From contig OZ024757.1 in the NCBI GenBank assembly GCA_964016885.1, forward strand, positions 14,508,001-14,572,000: a stretch of DNA of 64,000 bases, in the 5' to 3' direction. This document shows, piece after piece, positions 24,352 to 38,111 of this stretch (position 1 is the stretch's first letter; each line of letters begins with the position of its first letter). Below the pieces are notes generated by a model. That model searched no databases, had not been told where the DNA came from, and was given only the letters and a program-made list of their open reading frames with translations. The stretch comes from Eledone cirrhosa. Its lineage: Eukaryota. A program made the position numbers and the translations under genes.

Positions 24352-25010
24352 GCATGCTCCGCTGGATGTGTAATAGTAATATACGTGAACGGCAAAGCAT
24401 AAACGAACTAAGGGAGAAATTAGGAATAAGAGGGATCAGATGTTGTTTACTCGAGAGAAGACTACGTTGGTACGGTCACGTGATGCGCATGAAAGATGAC
24501 AGCTGTATAAAAAAGTGCAGGGCGATAAAAATAGACGGTAGCCACTTGTTAAATTCTGACCTCACACACTTACACCTCTCCAAGACAATGTCACTGGACC
24601 GAGATCTTTGGCGCTACACAGTTATACAGAAGACCCGCCTTGCCTAAGTACAAAGCGAAACCTAGTCAGTAGGCATCTCTAACAAAATACACCCCGCCCC
24701 ATCCACACCACCCCCTTAAATGTGAAGTTATGTTGGTACCACAACATCCAGTCCGAAACAAATGAGGTCGTTTAGGTGTCACGACAAAAAAAAAACACAC
24801 AGTCCACGCTGTAATGTGGCCGTGTAGGTAACACGGTAAAAACCTCCCAGTCCACACTGTAAACATGGTTGGTGTTAGGAAGGGCATCCAGCCGTACAAA
24901 ACCCGCCAGACAGTCCTATACGAGCAGGACAACCAATCTCGCCTCAAGTGGGAAAACTCCCGTCCAAACCCATGCAAGCGTGGAAGATGGACGTTAAACG
25001 ATGATGATGA

Positions 25011-25012
<2 letters not shown>
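24352..25012 (+). mobile_element. RTE LINE 3' fragment (second subfamily) with long 3' UTR and (GAT)n tail
   Basis: MLRWMCN...LREKLGIRGIRCCLLERRLRWYGHVMRM...DRDLWR; UTR pieces recur at 13875, 25080, 25310, 25560, 47120. Confidence 0.82.
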
Positions 25013-25051
<39 letters not shown>

Positions 25052-25270
25052 AAGGTAGTACAGCATATATATATATGTAGGTGCCATCGTAAAAAAGCAC
25101 CCAGCACTCACTGTAAATGGGGTTGGTGTTAGGAAGGGCATCCAGCTGTAGAAATCAATCCAAAATCAGTTCCCATATGAGCAAGACAAGGTCAGCCGAC
25201 CAGACACTGCCCACAACAGGACAACGTGTCTAACCCATGCTAGTGTGGAAGAACAGACGTAAAACGGTGA

Positions 25271-25314
<44 letters not shown>

Positions 25315-25498
25315 TCACTGTTTAACATCCATTTTCCATGCTAGCATGGGTTAGACGGGTCATCCACGTCATGTGACATGTCTGGCCAGATTGGCTTCAC
25401 CATAACTTGCTCAGACAGAACTGTAAATTTGGCCGGGATTTTTACAGCTGGCTGCCCTTCCTAACACCAACCCCATTTACATATGTGTGTATATATAC

Positions 25499-25540
<42 letters not shown>

Positions 25541-25844
25541 TATATATACACCACCGTTTCTCTGTAAAGTTATGTTGGTACCACAACATCCAGTCCATGA
25601 TGAGGTCATGTAGGTGTAAAGTAGTTGTGTAGGAGACACAGTAAAACACTCCCAGTCCACACTGTAAATGTGGTTGGTGTTAGGAAGGGCATCCAGCCAT
25701 AGAAAACCTGCCAGATAGTCCTATATGAGCGAGACACGGTCACCCGACCAATCTTGCCTCAAGTGGGACAATTTCCGTCTAACCCATGCTAGCATAGAAG
25801 ATAGACGTTAAACGATGATGATGATGATGATGATGACATTTGGA

Positions 25845-26133
25845 AACATTTTTTCATGCTTAAAGTTGCTGAAGCATGGAACAAACTGCCTGCGTCAGTT
25901 GTTAGCTGCCGAGACACTGCATCCTTTAAAACCCTCATGCTTCCCGGAATTCGCCAAAACTACACCTGACGTCCCCCTTCCATACACATGCACACACACA
26001 CATGTGTATATCATGACTCATGCACTGTTAATTTTTCTGACGTTTGTACATTACCCTATGTACTATACATACACTTTTGATGAGTTGTAGTGCACCTGAG
26101 CACTGTACACAATATTTTCATTATTATTATTAT
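25845..26133 (+). mobile_element. CR1/L2-like LINE 3' end; shorter copy at about 33640-33805
   Basis: Reads LKVAEAWNKLPASVVSCRDTASFK (WN.LP..VV...FK motif), then shared 3' UTR and (ATT)n. Confidence 0.7.
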
Positions 26134-26740
26134 AATATATATACATACACACACATATAAATACACATGCATATGCATATACATACATATGTACATATAT
26201 GTGTGTGTGTGCAAGAACAACAACAATATAAACGCATACATATATGTGTGTGTACAACAACAACAACAACAACAACCACTACTGCTACTACCACTGACTA
26301 ATCAAATCAATCAAAGTCGAGAAATCATGAACACCCAAGTTCAAAAGATAGGAGAGAGAGAGAAGGACAGAGAGAGATGTAGAGAGAGATAGAGAGATAT
26401 GTAAAGAGAGCGAGACAGAGAGATGTAGAGAGAGAGAGAAAGAGAGAGAGATGTAGAGAGAGATATGTAAAGAGAGCGAGACAGAGAGATGTAGAGAGAG
26501 ATGTAGAGAGAGATATGTAAAGAGAGGTGTAGAGAGAGAGACGGGGGTGAGTATATCTGTAGTTGAGTCTATATTTTTGAGGTGTAAAGCCGTTCAAATC
26601 TACAACCCAGCCCTTCAGAGAGCCGATGTCTTACTTTAATTCGATGCTCTTACATAAAAAATAAAAAAAATAGATAAAACAATTGCATAAAAAAATTAAT
26701 ACAAAAAAAAAAAGAACATAAGAAACCTAAAAAAAAAATA

Positions 26741-26774
<34 letters not shown>

Positions 26775-27659
26775 GAAAAAAAAAAGTGAAGCAATCCTGG
26801 TGTTTTAGTTCAGGTGTGATGTTAATCCTGAGAACAGCAGCTTAATAACTTATCTCTAGCTTCATCTGTTTCAAGGTCACACCATCATGATGATGGGCTT
26901 CGAACTGGTACAGCATCAGAACTATCAGCATTGTCATCATCATCATCAGTATCAGTATCAGCATTGTCATCATCATCATCATCATGACCATTATTATCAA
27001 CATAATTTGGCATCATTGCGACCACCAGCACCAATGACCGCTACCACTATCATCATCCTCGCCGCCACCACTGCGGCCATCGTTACCACCACCACTACCA
27101 CCACCATCTCATCACCACTACCACTATCCTCACCGCCACCGGCACCATCACCATCACCATCATTAGCATCACAGCCATCATCATCATCACCACCACCACC
27201 ACCACCACCACCACCATCATCAGAATCACTGTCGTCACCATCACTATGACCATCATCATCATCACAGTCACCAGCCTCACTACCAGTGCTATCATGGCCA
27301 TTATTATCGCCATCCACTCCACCACCATCATTACCACTATCCTCACCACCATTATGGTCACTACCACCAGCATCATCATCATCATCATCATCACCATCAC
27401 CAGTCCCACTACCAGTGCTATCATGACTGCTATTATCACCATCCACTCCACCACCAACCATCACCACAACCCCTATTCTCACCACCACCACCACCACCAC
27501 TAAAGCCATCATTACCACTACATCATCTCTAACACTATCACCACTACCACCAACAGCCCTACGACCACCACCATCATCATCATCCCCATCACCATCACCA
27601 CTACCAGTGCTATCATCATCATCATCATCGTAATTAACACCATCCACCTCACCACCAAT

Positions 27660-28540
27660 CATCACCACCACTTCAGCCATCATCACCACCACCATCATCT
27701 CTACCTCTATCACCACCACTTCAGCCATCATCACCACCACCATCATCTCTACCTCTATCACCACCACTGCGGCCATCATTACCACCACCATCATCTCTAC
27801 CTTTATCCCCACCACTTCAGCCATCATCACCACCACCATCATCTCTACCTCTATCCCCACCACTTCAGCCATCATCACCACCACCATCATCTCTACCTCT
27901 ATCCCCACCACTTCAGCCATCATCACCACCACCATCATCTCTACCTTTATCCCCACCACTTCAGCCATCATCACCACCACCATCATCTCTACCTCTATCC
28001 CCACCACTTCAGCCATCATCACCACCACCATCATCTCTACCTCTATCCCCACCACTTCAGCCATCATCACCACCACCATCATCTCTACCTCTATCACCAC
28101 CACTTCAGCCATCATCACCACCACCATCATCTCTACCTCTATCCCCACCACTTCAGCCATCATCACCACCACCATCATCTCTACCTCCATCCCCACCACT
28201 TCAGCCATCATCACCACCACCATCATCTCTACCTCTATCACCACCACTTCAGCCATCATCACCACTACCATCATCTCTACCTCTATCACCACCACCACCA
28301 TCATCTCTACCTCTATCCCCACCACCACCACCATCATCTCTACCTCTATCAGCCATCATCACCACCACCATCATCTCTACCTCTATCCCCACCACTTCAG
28401 CCATCACCACCACCACCATCATCTCTACCTCTATCACCACCACCACCATCATCTCTACCTCTATCCCCACCACCACCACCATCATCTCTACCTCTATCAC
28501 CACCACTTCAGCCATCATCACCACCACCATCATCATCTAT
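27660..28540. repeat. 48-bp minisatellite within a (CCA/CAT)n region (26930-28560)
   Basis: Unit ACCACTTCAGCCATCATCACCACCACCATCATCTCTACCTCTATCCCC. Confidence 0.92.
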
Positions 28541-28664
28541 ACCTCTCTCATCACCACCATCAATAATTACAAAGAAGGTTGGCATCAAAGCTTTTTTTCT
28601 TTTCTATATATATACACTAACAATTGCAGTCTACTATTTGTTATAACCCCTTAACTCTTAACAC

Positions 28665-29210
28665 CCTTTAACAATTTGGCAGAAAATACCTTTAAATGGG
28701 TTTATTATTGAAATATTTATAGCATTTTTACTAGTGGATACATTGTTGTGAAAATTTACAGTACTATCTCTTAACATCTTACAATGATTTAGCAGAAAAT
28801 ATCTAAAAATAGGTTTGTAAATTCAAATATTTATAGTATCTTTACTAGTGGATACATTGTTGTGAAACTTTGCAGTACTATCTCTTAACATCCTGTAATG
28901 ATTTAACAGAAAATATCTAAAAATGGGTTTGTTAATTGAAATATTTATAGTATCTTTACTTAACATCCTGTAATAATTTAGAAAATATCTTAAAAGAGGT
29001 TTGTTAATTCAAAAGTTTATAGTATCTTTACTGGTGGACAGATTATTGTAAAAATTTGTAGCTTTATCTTTTAACATCTTACAATGAGTTAGCAGGAATA
29101 ATCTAAAAATGGGTTTGTTAATTCAAATGTTTATAGTATCTTTACTAATGGACAGATTATTGTGAAAATTTGCAGTATTATCTCTTACCATCTTACAATG
29201 ATTTAGCAGA
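28665..29210. repeat. Degenerate ~110-bp tandem repeat, about 5 units
   Basis: Recurrent GAAAATATCTAAAAATGGGTTTGTTAATT.AAATATTTATAGTATCTTTACTAGTGGA. Confidence 0.75.
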
Positions 29211-29497
29211 TGCCTGCATGGGTTAGATGGGTGGCATAAGTATATAAATAGGAAGTCTATGCACCAAAGGTACACATACACACTAATAGAGTATGAGCAA
29301 ACACAATAGATGTATACTTGTGTGCATATATCTGAATTTGTGCATCTATATACATACACACAGGTGTGTGTATGTATATAGATGTGTGGGTGTGTATAAC
29401 CAAAGCAGTAATATATAATCCTAATCTTATTGACCTCGACTTATAAATAATGCCTTTCACTGTTCTCTCTTTCGACTTAGACTGTGTACTATAACCT

Positions 29498-32165
29498 GTT
29501 ATATCATGTATTACACCACACCATGCTGTGTTATATCATGTATTACACCGCACCATGCTGTGTTATATCATGTATTATACCATACCATACCATGCTGTGT
29601 TATATCACGTATTATACCATACCATGCTGTGTTATATCGTGTATTATACCTCACCATGCTGTGTTGTATCATGTATTATACCATATCATGCTGTGTTATA
29701 GCATGTATTATACCATACCATACCATGCTCTGTTATATCATGTATTATACCATACCATACCATGCTGTGTTATATCATGTATTATACCATATCATGCTGT
29801 GTTATATCATGTATTATACCATACCATACCATACTGTGTTATATAATGTATTATACCATACTATATCATGCTGTGTTATATCATGTTATACCATACCATA
29901 TCATTCTCTGTTAGATCATGCATTATACCATACCATAACATACCATGCTGTGTTATATCATGTATTATACCTCACCATGCTGTGTTGTATCATGTATTAT
30001 ACCATACCATACCATGCTGTGTTATATCATGTATTATACCATATCATGCTGTGTTATATCATGTATTATACCATACCATACCATACTGTGTTATATCATG
30101 TATTATACCATACTATATCATGCTGTGTTATATCATGTTATACCATACCATATCATGCTGTGTTATATCATGCATTATACCATACCATACCATGCTGTGT
30201 TATATCATGTATTATACCACACCATGCTGTGTTGTATCATGTATTATACCATACCATACCATGCTGTGTTATATCATGTATTATACCATATCATGCTGTG
30301 TTATATCATGTATTATACCATACCATACTGTGTTATATCATGTATTATACCATACTATATCATGCTGTGTTATATCATGTTATACCATACCATATCATGC
30401 TCTGTTATATCATGCATTATACCATACCATACCATACCATGCTGTGTTATATCATGTATTATACCATACCATACCATGCTGTGTTATATCTTGTATTATA
30501 CCACACCATGCTGTGTTATATCATGCATTAAACCATACCATATCATGCTGTGTTATATCATGTATTATACCACACCATGCTGTGTTATATCATGCACTAG
30601 CATTAAAGCCCGGCGTTGCTCGGGGTCATTAAGTTACCAAAGTTAGGTTGCACCACCCATTTTATGACAGCACTTTTTTGTCTGCCAGGCACTGGGTGAA
30701 TGAATTGCAGACCTGGAAGCAGGAGCTGCGCCAGCAGAGACAATTGTAGTTTCGCCTATGGATATTATCTCTGTGCAAAAAAGTGTTGAAATTTATTGTT
30801 TCACAGTGCATAGACGATGCCAGCCAAACAACAGAGCTGCGATGGAGTTGTTCTGCATGGTTGTCTGTGTGTTTTCTAAATTTAAGACAGTAGGGAGGGT
30901 TGTGATATGAGGGAGAGTTAGCTGTTGTTTCTAGCAGGTTTAGTGACCGCATAGAGGATATGTGTTTTCTAAATTTAAGACAGTAGGGAGTGGTGTGATA
31001 TGGGGGAGAGTTAGCTGCTGTTTCTAGCAGGTTTAGTAACCTCATAGAGGATATGTGTTTTCTAAATTTAAGACAGTAGGGAGTGGTGTGATATGGGGGA
31101 GAGTTAGCTGCTGTTTCTAGCAGGTTTAGTGACCTCATAGAAGATATGTTTTCTAAATTTAAGACATTAGGGAGGGGTGTGGTATGGAGGAGAGTTAGCT
31201 GCTTTTTCTAGCAGGTTTAGTGACCTCATAGAGGATATTATTGTTTATCATTATCTATAAAAGGCAGATTGTTGTTGTTGAAGTGAGTGTGTATTTGTAT
31301 GCGTTTGGAAAAGAGGTTTTAAAAAAGATTTATCGCTTGTTGTTGAATAAATGTATCTGTATAAAAGAGAAAGTAGCAAAATGTGTGGGTTGTAGTTAGA
31401 GGGAAGCAGATGATATGAGAGAGTAAAACGGACAGTATCACCATCAAGCTTGGAAAGAGAAAGTAGCAGAAAGTATGAAGTTGTATAGATTTTGAATGGT
31501 AGTAGAAAGAGTTTAGCAGTTTAAATGACAGAAAAATCGTAAAATATTGAGTTTTATCTATTTTTTGCGTAATTGTGGGTGAAATTGAAAAAATGAGATG
31601 TGCCAAGACGCAATCGAAACTATTTCGAAAACTGAATTGTAAATTTCAATTGAAGAAATTCTATATCGTAGATTTCTATAAGAAAGGAGCATGACCACAC
31701 ACTAAGCTTTATAGATTATGATTATACCATACCATATCACGCTGTGTTATATCATGTATTATACCGTACCATACCATGCTCTGTTATATCATGTTATATC
31801 ATACCATATCATGCTGTGTTATATTGTGTATTATACCGTACCATACCATGCTCTGTTATATCATGTTATACCATACCATATCATGCTGTCTTATATCATG
31901 TATTATACCATACCATACCATGCTGTTATATCATGTTATATCATGTATTATACCGTACTATACCATGCTCTTTATATCATATTATACCATACCATATCAT
32001 GCTCTGTTATATCATGTTATACCATACTATATCATGCTCTGTTATATCATGCATTATACCACACCACACTGTGCTATGTTATATCATGTATTATACCATA
32101 CCATGCTATGTTGTATAAACCATTACATCATATTATGCTATGCTATACTCCTGTTATACCATACT
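29498..32165. repeat. ~33-38-bp minisatellite (ATGCTGTGTTATATCATGTATTATACCATACC) split by a Helitron
   Basis: Arrays at 29498-30596 and 31722-32165. Confidence 0.92.
30597..31721 (-). mobile_element. Non-autonomous Helitron, 1125 bp
   Basis: Minus strand begins TC and ends CTAG; GC hairpin CCCGGCGTTGCTCGGG at 30609-30624; inserted between A and T with no TSD; removing it restores the unit CATGCA|TTATACC. Confidence 0.88.
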
Positions 32166-32252
32166 ATATTAGCAGCCAATGGCAACTTCATTTTCTGTCT
32201 AATAAGGGCCTTCACTCTACTTTATAATATCTATGCACTTGAGTATATCATT

Positions 32253-32289
<37 letters not shown>

Positions 32290-32292
<3 letters not shown>

Positions 32293-32951
32293 TCATCATC
32301 ATCATCATTTTACGTTCGCTTTTCCCTGATTGCAAGGGTGGGACACGGGAATTGATTCTGGCTTGATTTCTACAGCTGGATGCCCTTCCTAACACCAACC
32401 TCATTTACAGTGAGTGCTGGGTGCTTTTTTGCCGTGGCACCTACACATCCACTTTACAGTGTGGGCTGAGTGCTTTTTTGCCGTGGCACCTCCACGACCA
32501 CTTTGCAGTGGAATGATAGGGGTCCCTATCAGCTCATTTCTACAGCTGAATAAGCTGGAGCAATGTGAAATAAAGTGTCTTGCTCAAGGAAACAACACAT
32601 CACCTGGTCTGAGAATTGAACTCACAACCTTTCGATTGCAGGGCCAATGCTCTAACCACTAAGCCATGTGCCTCCATAATATATATATATATATATTCTC
32701 AGACCGGGTAATGTGTTGTTTCCTTGAGCAAGACACTTTATTTCACATTGCTCCAGTTTACTCAGCTGTAGAAATGAGATGATAGGGACTATCATTCCAC
32801 TGCAAAGTGGTCATGGAGGTGTCACGGCAAAAAAGCACCCAGCCCACACTGTAAATGAGGTTGGCGTTAGGAAGGGCATCCAGCTGTAGAATCAGTTCCC
32901 GTCCCACCCTTGCAAGCAGGGAAAAGCGGACGTAAAATGATGATGATGATG
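32290..32951. mobile_element. Head-to-head SINE family B pair (32290-32675 minus, 32696-32951 plus)
   Basis: Both end in the RTE-type tail with (TGA)n. Confidence 0.88.
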
Positions 32952-33807
32952 ATATATATATATAAACATATGTAACTGGAAAGTTACTACTCTTCCAAAT
33001 AACATTTAAGTATTTTAATACATCTAACACCCTGTTATTTGACCTGCTATTTAATTAGATAAGTGTTATATATTATCTGCTGTTCTTAAGTGATTTGTAT
33101 TGATATTACATTAATCGTTTGGGATTGTAATTAAACTCTGATGACTCCTATGCTTTATGCTAACTAATAGCAAATTGTTAAATAAAATAACTTGCTGTCT
33201 GTGGTATATTACTATGGGAAGAAACAATTGGCAGTGATTAAATATCTTGAACTTTTAATTTTGGTTATAAGCACATTGTAATTATATATATATATATATT
33301 ATTGACCCTATAAGGATGAAAGGCAAAGTGAACCTCGCCGGGATTTTAACTCAGAATGTAAAGAGCCGTAACTCTATGCTGCAAAACATAGTGGCCAACA
33401 CTCTACCGATACTGCCAGTCCCCGCTTTATAACATAATAATACAGATTTCTGTAAGAGATCCACAGCATTACAGATTCTGGGGGAACATATCAACCTCAG
33501 TAAATTACTGGTACTTTATTTTATTGATCCTGGATAAAAATGAGAGGTAGGTTTAACCTCGGTTGAATTTGAACTCAGAACAAATAACATCATATGAAAT
33601 AAATACCCTGAGATATTTTGTTCAGTTCAATATACAGATATTCCCCCTCCATACACGCACGCATGTATCTGTGTGTATATCATGACTCATACACTGTTCA
33701 CTTTCCTGACATTTCTACATTATTCTATGTACTATACATAGACCTTTGATGAGTTGTAGTGCACCTGAGCACTGTACACAATCATTTTCATTATTATTAT
33801 CATTATT

Positions 33808-34508
33808 AAGGCGGTGGATTGGCAGTATCGGTAGAGGGTCGGACGCCATGCTTTCCAGGATAGTTACGTCCCTTAACGATCTGAGTTCAAATCCCGCCGA
33901 GGTTGACTTTGCCTTTCATCCTTACGGGGTCGATAAAATAATGTACCAGTAATGCACTGGGTAATTGCTGGCCTTGTGCCAAAAGTAGAAACAATTATTA
34001 TTATTATTATTATTATATTAAGGATTTATACATTATCTGATTAATGTTAGAAACCATACCATTTCTACAGAATCGGTGGAGCGTCAGATAATATGCTTTG
34101 GAACATAGTTATGACGCTTTATACTCTGAGTTCAAATCCCACCGAGGTTGGTTTTGCCTCTCATCTTTACAGAGTCGATAAAATAAAGTACCAGTAACAT
34201 ACTGGGGTCGATTTAATCAACTTTCCTCACCCAAAATTGTTAGCCTTATACCTAAATTAGAAACCATTATTATTATTATTACCAGGGTGGTGGATTGGCA
34301 GTGTCGGTAGAGGGCCGGACGCCATGCTTTGCAGCATGGAGTTAAGGCCCTTTATGATCTGAGTTCAAATCTCGCTGAGGTTAACTTTGCCTTTCATCCT
34401 TACGGGGTCGATAAAATAAAGTACCAGTCACGCACTGGGGTCGATTTAATCGACTTTCCCCTACCCCAAAATTGCAGGCCTTGTGCCTATATAAGAAACC
34501 ATTATTAT
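33808..34508 (+). mobile_element. Three tandem SINE family A copies
   Basis: Repeated head, core and (ATT)n tail. Confidence 0.87.
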
Positions 34509-34656
34509 ACCACTACTGCTGCTACGACTATTACCTACAAAAGGTAATTGGTAACTCAATTGGTATAGTGGCAAGCACACATGCATACAGATACACACAC
34601 TTGTACACACACATACACACATGAGTATACATTTATTTGTGTGTGTGTATATATAA

Positions 34657-34687
<31 letters not shown>

Positions 34688-34864
34688 TTTATATGCATAC
34701 ACACACGTATACAAACGAAAGTGATCCACTCTATAAATGGGACTTGTCAAAGGGGAATAACTCCCAAATCTTCTCGCCTTGTGTCCAAGCTAAGTTACTA
34801 ATTAAAAATGGTTTTACTCAATATATATCCAACACTGTCTCTCGTTTTCATATGTAATTCCTTT

Positions 34865-36340
34865 CTGTGCGGCACCAGCTCTACCACCCTATAGTGTCTA
34901 GTGGGTGCTTTTTGTGTGGCACCAGCTCTACCACTACAGTATCTACTGGGTGCCTTTGTGTGGCACCACATCTATCACCTTACAGTATCTACTGGGTGCC
35001 TTTGTGTGGCACCACATCTATCACCTTACAGTATCTACTGGGTGCCTTTTGTGTGGCACCAGCTCTATCACCTTACAGTATCTACTGGGTGCCTTTTGTG
35101 TTGCACCAGCTCTATCACCTTACAGTATCTACTGGGTGCCTTTGTGTGGCACCACATCTATCACCTTACAGTATCTACTGGGTGCCTTTTGTGTGGCACC
35201 ACATCTATCACCTTACAGTATCTACTGGGTGCCTTTTGTGTGGCACCAGCTCTATCACCTTACACTATCTACTGGGTGCCTTTTGTGTGGCACCACATCT
35301 ATCACCTTACAGTATCTACTGGGTGCCTTTTATGTGACACCACATCTATCATCTTACAGTATCTACTGGGTGCCTTTTGTGTGGAACCACATCTATCCCC
35401 TTACAGTATCTACTGGTTGCCTTTTGTGTGGCACCAGCTCTATCACCTTACAGTATCTACTGGGTGCCTTTTGTGTGGCACCAGCTCTATCACCTTACAG
35501 TATCTACTGGGTGCCTTTTGTGTGGCACCACATCTATCACCTTACAGTATCTACTGGGTGCCTTTTGTGTGGAACCAGCTCTATCCCCTTACAGTATCTA
35601 CTGGTTGCCTTTTGTGTGGCACCAGCTCTATCACCTTACAGTATCTACTGGGTGCCTTTTGTGTGGCACCAGCTCTATCACCTTACAGTATCTACTGGGT
35701 GCCTTTTGTGTGGCACCACATCTATCACCTTACAGTATCTACTGGGTGCCTTTTGTGTGGAACCAGCTCTACCACCCTACAGTGTTTACTGGGTACTTTT
35801 TGTGGCACCAGCTCTACTGTATTACAAAGTGAATCAGAGTGTTTTGGGGTGACACCAAAACTACTTCCTTACAATGTGAACAGAGTGTTTTTAGTGGCAC
35901 CAATACTACTATTTTGCAAGGTGGACTGAGAAGTGTTTTTTGTGGAACCAGTTCTACCACCCTACAGTGTCTACTGGGTGATTTTTTTTTTTTTTTTGTG
36001 ACACTAGCTCTACTGTATTACAAAGTGAACCAGTGTTTTTCTGGCACCAGCACTACTACCTTACACGGTGGACAGAGTGATTTTGTGTGGCACCAGCTCT
36101 CCCACCTTACAGTGTCTACTGGGTGCTTTTTTGTGGCACCAGCACTACCTACTTACAGCATGTAGTGGAAGCTTTTTTGTGGCACCAGCACTACCATCTT
36201 ACAGGGTTTAGTGGGAGCACTTTTGTGGGACCAGCACTACCACCTTACAGGGTTTAGTGAGAGCATTTTTGTGTGGCACCAGCACTACCACCTTACAGGG
36301 TTTAGTGGGAGCACTTTTGTGGCACCAGCACTACCACCTG
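34865..36340. repeat. 47-bp minisatellite, homogeneous at 34930-35790 and degenerate beyond
   Basis: Unit TGTGTGGCACCAGCTCTATCACCTTACAGTATCTACTGGGTGCCTTT. Confidence 0.92.
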
Positions 36341-36828
36341 GGTGTATTTTGTCATGGCTGCAGTACAACCACGTTGGAGGGTTATTTAAAATATAAAGCA
36401 TTTCATTAGAAATACAGTAACAAAAGGGTTAAACCAGAAGATATATAACATAAATAGATAAATGACTAGCAGAGGTTTTTTTTTTCCATCTAAAGTAAAA
36501 TGCTCTCCTGAAGATAGTAACCCATGCTTCTGGTGCTATCATGTGGCATCTCTATTGACTCAACCTGTGGAAGAGATATTCTTCAGAACAAAGAGTTAAT
36601 AGAAAGACAGATAACGAAATGCTGGAAATCAATATATTTCTCATTTCGTTTCTTTCTTTCTTTCAATAACTCATCAATACAAATCTGTGAGTGTCTAGAC
36701 TGAAATATAATGTCTACTTCAACGTTAAGAAGACTTTACTGCAGCGCTGAAGAATTTATCTCTATGTTGACTTAACAAGTCGAAAGTGTTTATAGAAGTC
36801 AAGTTTCTTAGATATAGTTAAGATTATT

Positions 36829-36859
<31 letters not shown>

Positions 36860-36985
36860 GTAGTAGTAGTAGTAGTAGTATGTTATTAGAGGAGTTGTAA
36901 AGTCGTAATTAAATACATGCTTTCAGGCATAGAGTTACGGCCCTTATATATATATATATATATATTTCATTTTTTTTTCTCATTT

Positions 36986-37312
36986 CATTTTTTACGTCTG
37001 CTTTTCCCTGCTTGCAAGGGTGGGACGGGAACTGATTCTGGCTTGATTTCTACAGCTGGATGCCCTTCCTAACACCAACTTCATTTACAGTGAGTGCTGG
37101 GTGCTTTTTTGCCGTGGCATCTCCACGACCACTTTGCAGTGGAATGATAGGGACCCCAGTCCCTATCATCTCATTTCTGCAGCTGAGTGAACTGGAGCAA
37201 TGTGAAATAAAGTGTCTTGCTCAAGGAAACAACACATCACCCGGTCTGACAATTGAAATCACAACCTTTCGATTGCAAAGCCAATGCTCTAACCACTAAG
37301 CCATGTGCCTCC
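36986..37312 (-). mobile_element. Full-length SINE family B
   Basis: Reverse complement of 42948-43289. Confidence 0.9.
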
Positions 37313-37324
37313 ATTATATATATG

Positions 37325-37701
37325 TGGTGAATTGGCAGTATCGGTAGAGAGTCGGACGCCATGCTTTCCAGCATAGTTACGTCCCTTTACAGTCTGAGTT
37401 CAAATCCCGCCGAGGTTTACTTTGCCTTTCATCCTTACGGGGTCGATAAAATAAAGTACCAGTAATGCACTGAGTAATTGCTGGCCTTGTGCCTAAAGTA
37501 GAAACAATTATTACGGCGGTGGATTGGCAGTATCGGTAGAGGGTCGGATGCCATGCTTTACAGCATAGTTATGTCCCTTTACGATCCGAGTTCAAATCCC
37601 GCCGAGGTTGACTTTGCCTTTCATCCTTACGGGGTCGATAAAATAAAGTACCAGTAATGCACTGGGTAATTGCTGGCCTTGTGCCTAAAGTAAAAACAAT
37701 T
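37325..37701 (+). mobile_element. Two tandem SINE family A copies
   Basis: Repeated head, core and tail. Confidence 0.9.
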
Positions 37702-37867
37702 ATATATATATATAAATATATATATATATACAAAGCACTTCACTAGAAATACAGTAACAAAAGGGTTAAACCAGAAGCTATATAACATAAATAGATAAAT
37801 GACTAACAGTAGTTTTTTTTTCATCTAAAGTAAAATGCTCTCCTGAAGATAGTAACCCATGCCAACA

Positions 37868-38070
37868 TGAATGGACATGTTATTTTTATCTAGGCACATT
37901 TTTTCCAATTTGACCCTGCCTGTCCCTTCAATCTATTTTATTTCTCAGTCTTTCTTCTAATGAAGGACTAGCGTCCGAAAGGATAAGACCATCTTCTTGC
38001 TATTTCAAGCATTAATCCTAATATATTCCTACCATATACTATACCAATTGTGTTGTTATTTCTGTTTACC

Positions 38071-38073
<3 letters not shown>
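37868..38073 (+). mobile_element. Penelope-like fragment (family 3) with mutated minimal hammerhead at 37953-37988
   Basis: Paralogous to 42545-42750; TCTT CTAATGA A GGAC TAGC GTCC GAAA GGAT AAGA. Confidence 0.65.

Positions 38074-38111
<38 letters not shown>

Noticed and set aside
26997-28337. 446-aa Val/Met/Gly-rich ORF
   Set aside because: 48-bp minisatellite and trinucleotide repeats.
29484-32366. His/Tyr/Cys-rich ORFs
   Set aside because: Minisatellite translations, open in multiple frames.
34867-35929. CRISPR-like regular repeats and overlapping ORFs
   Set aside because: Contiguous tandem units with no unique spacers, eukaryotic context, no cas genes.
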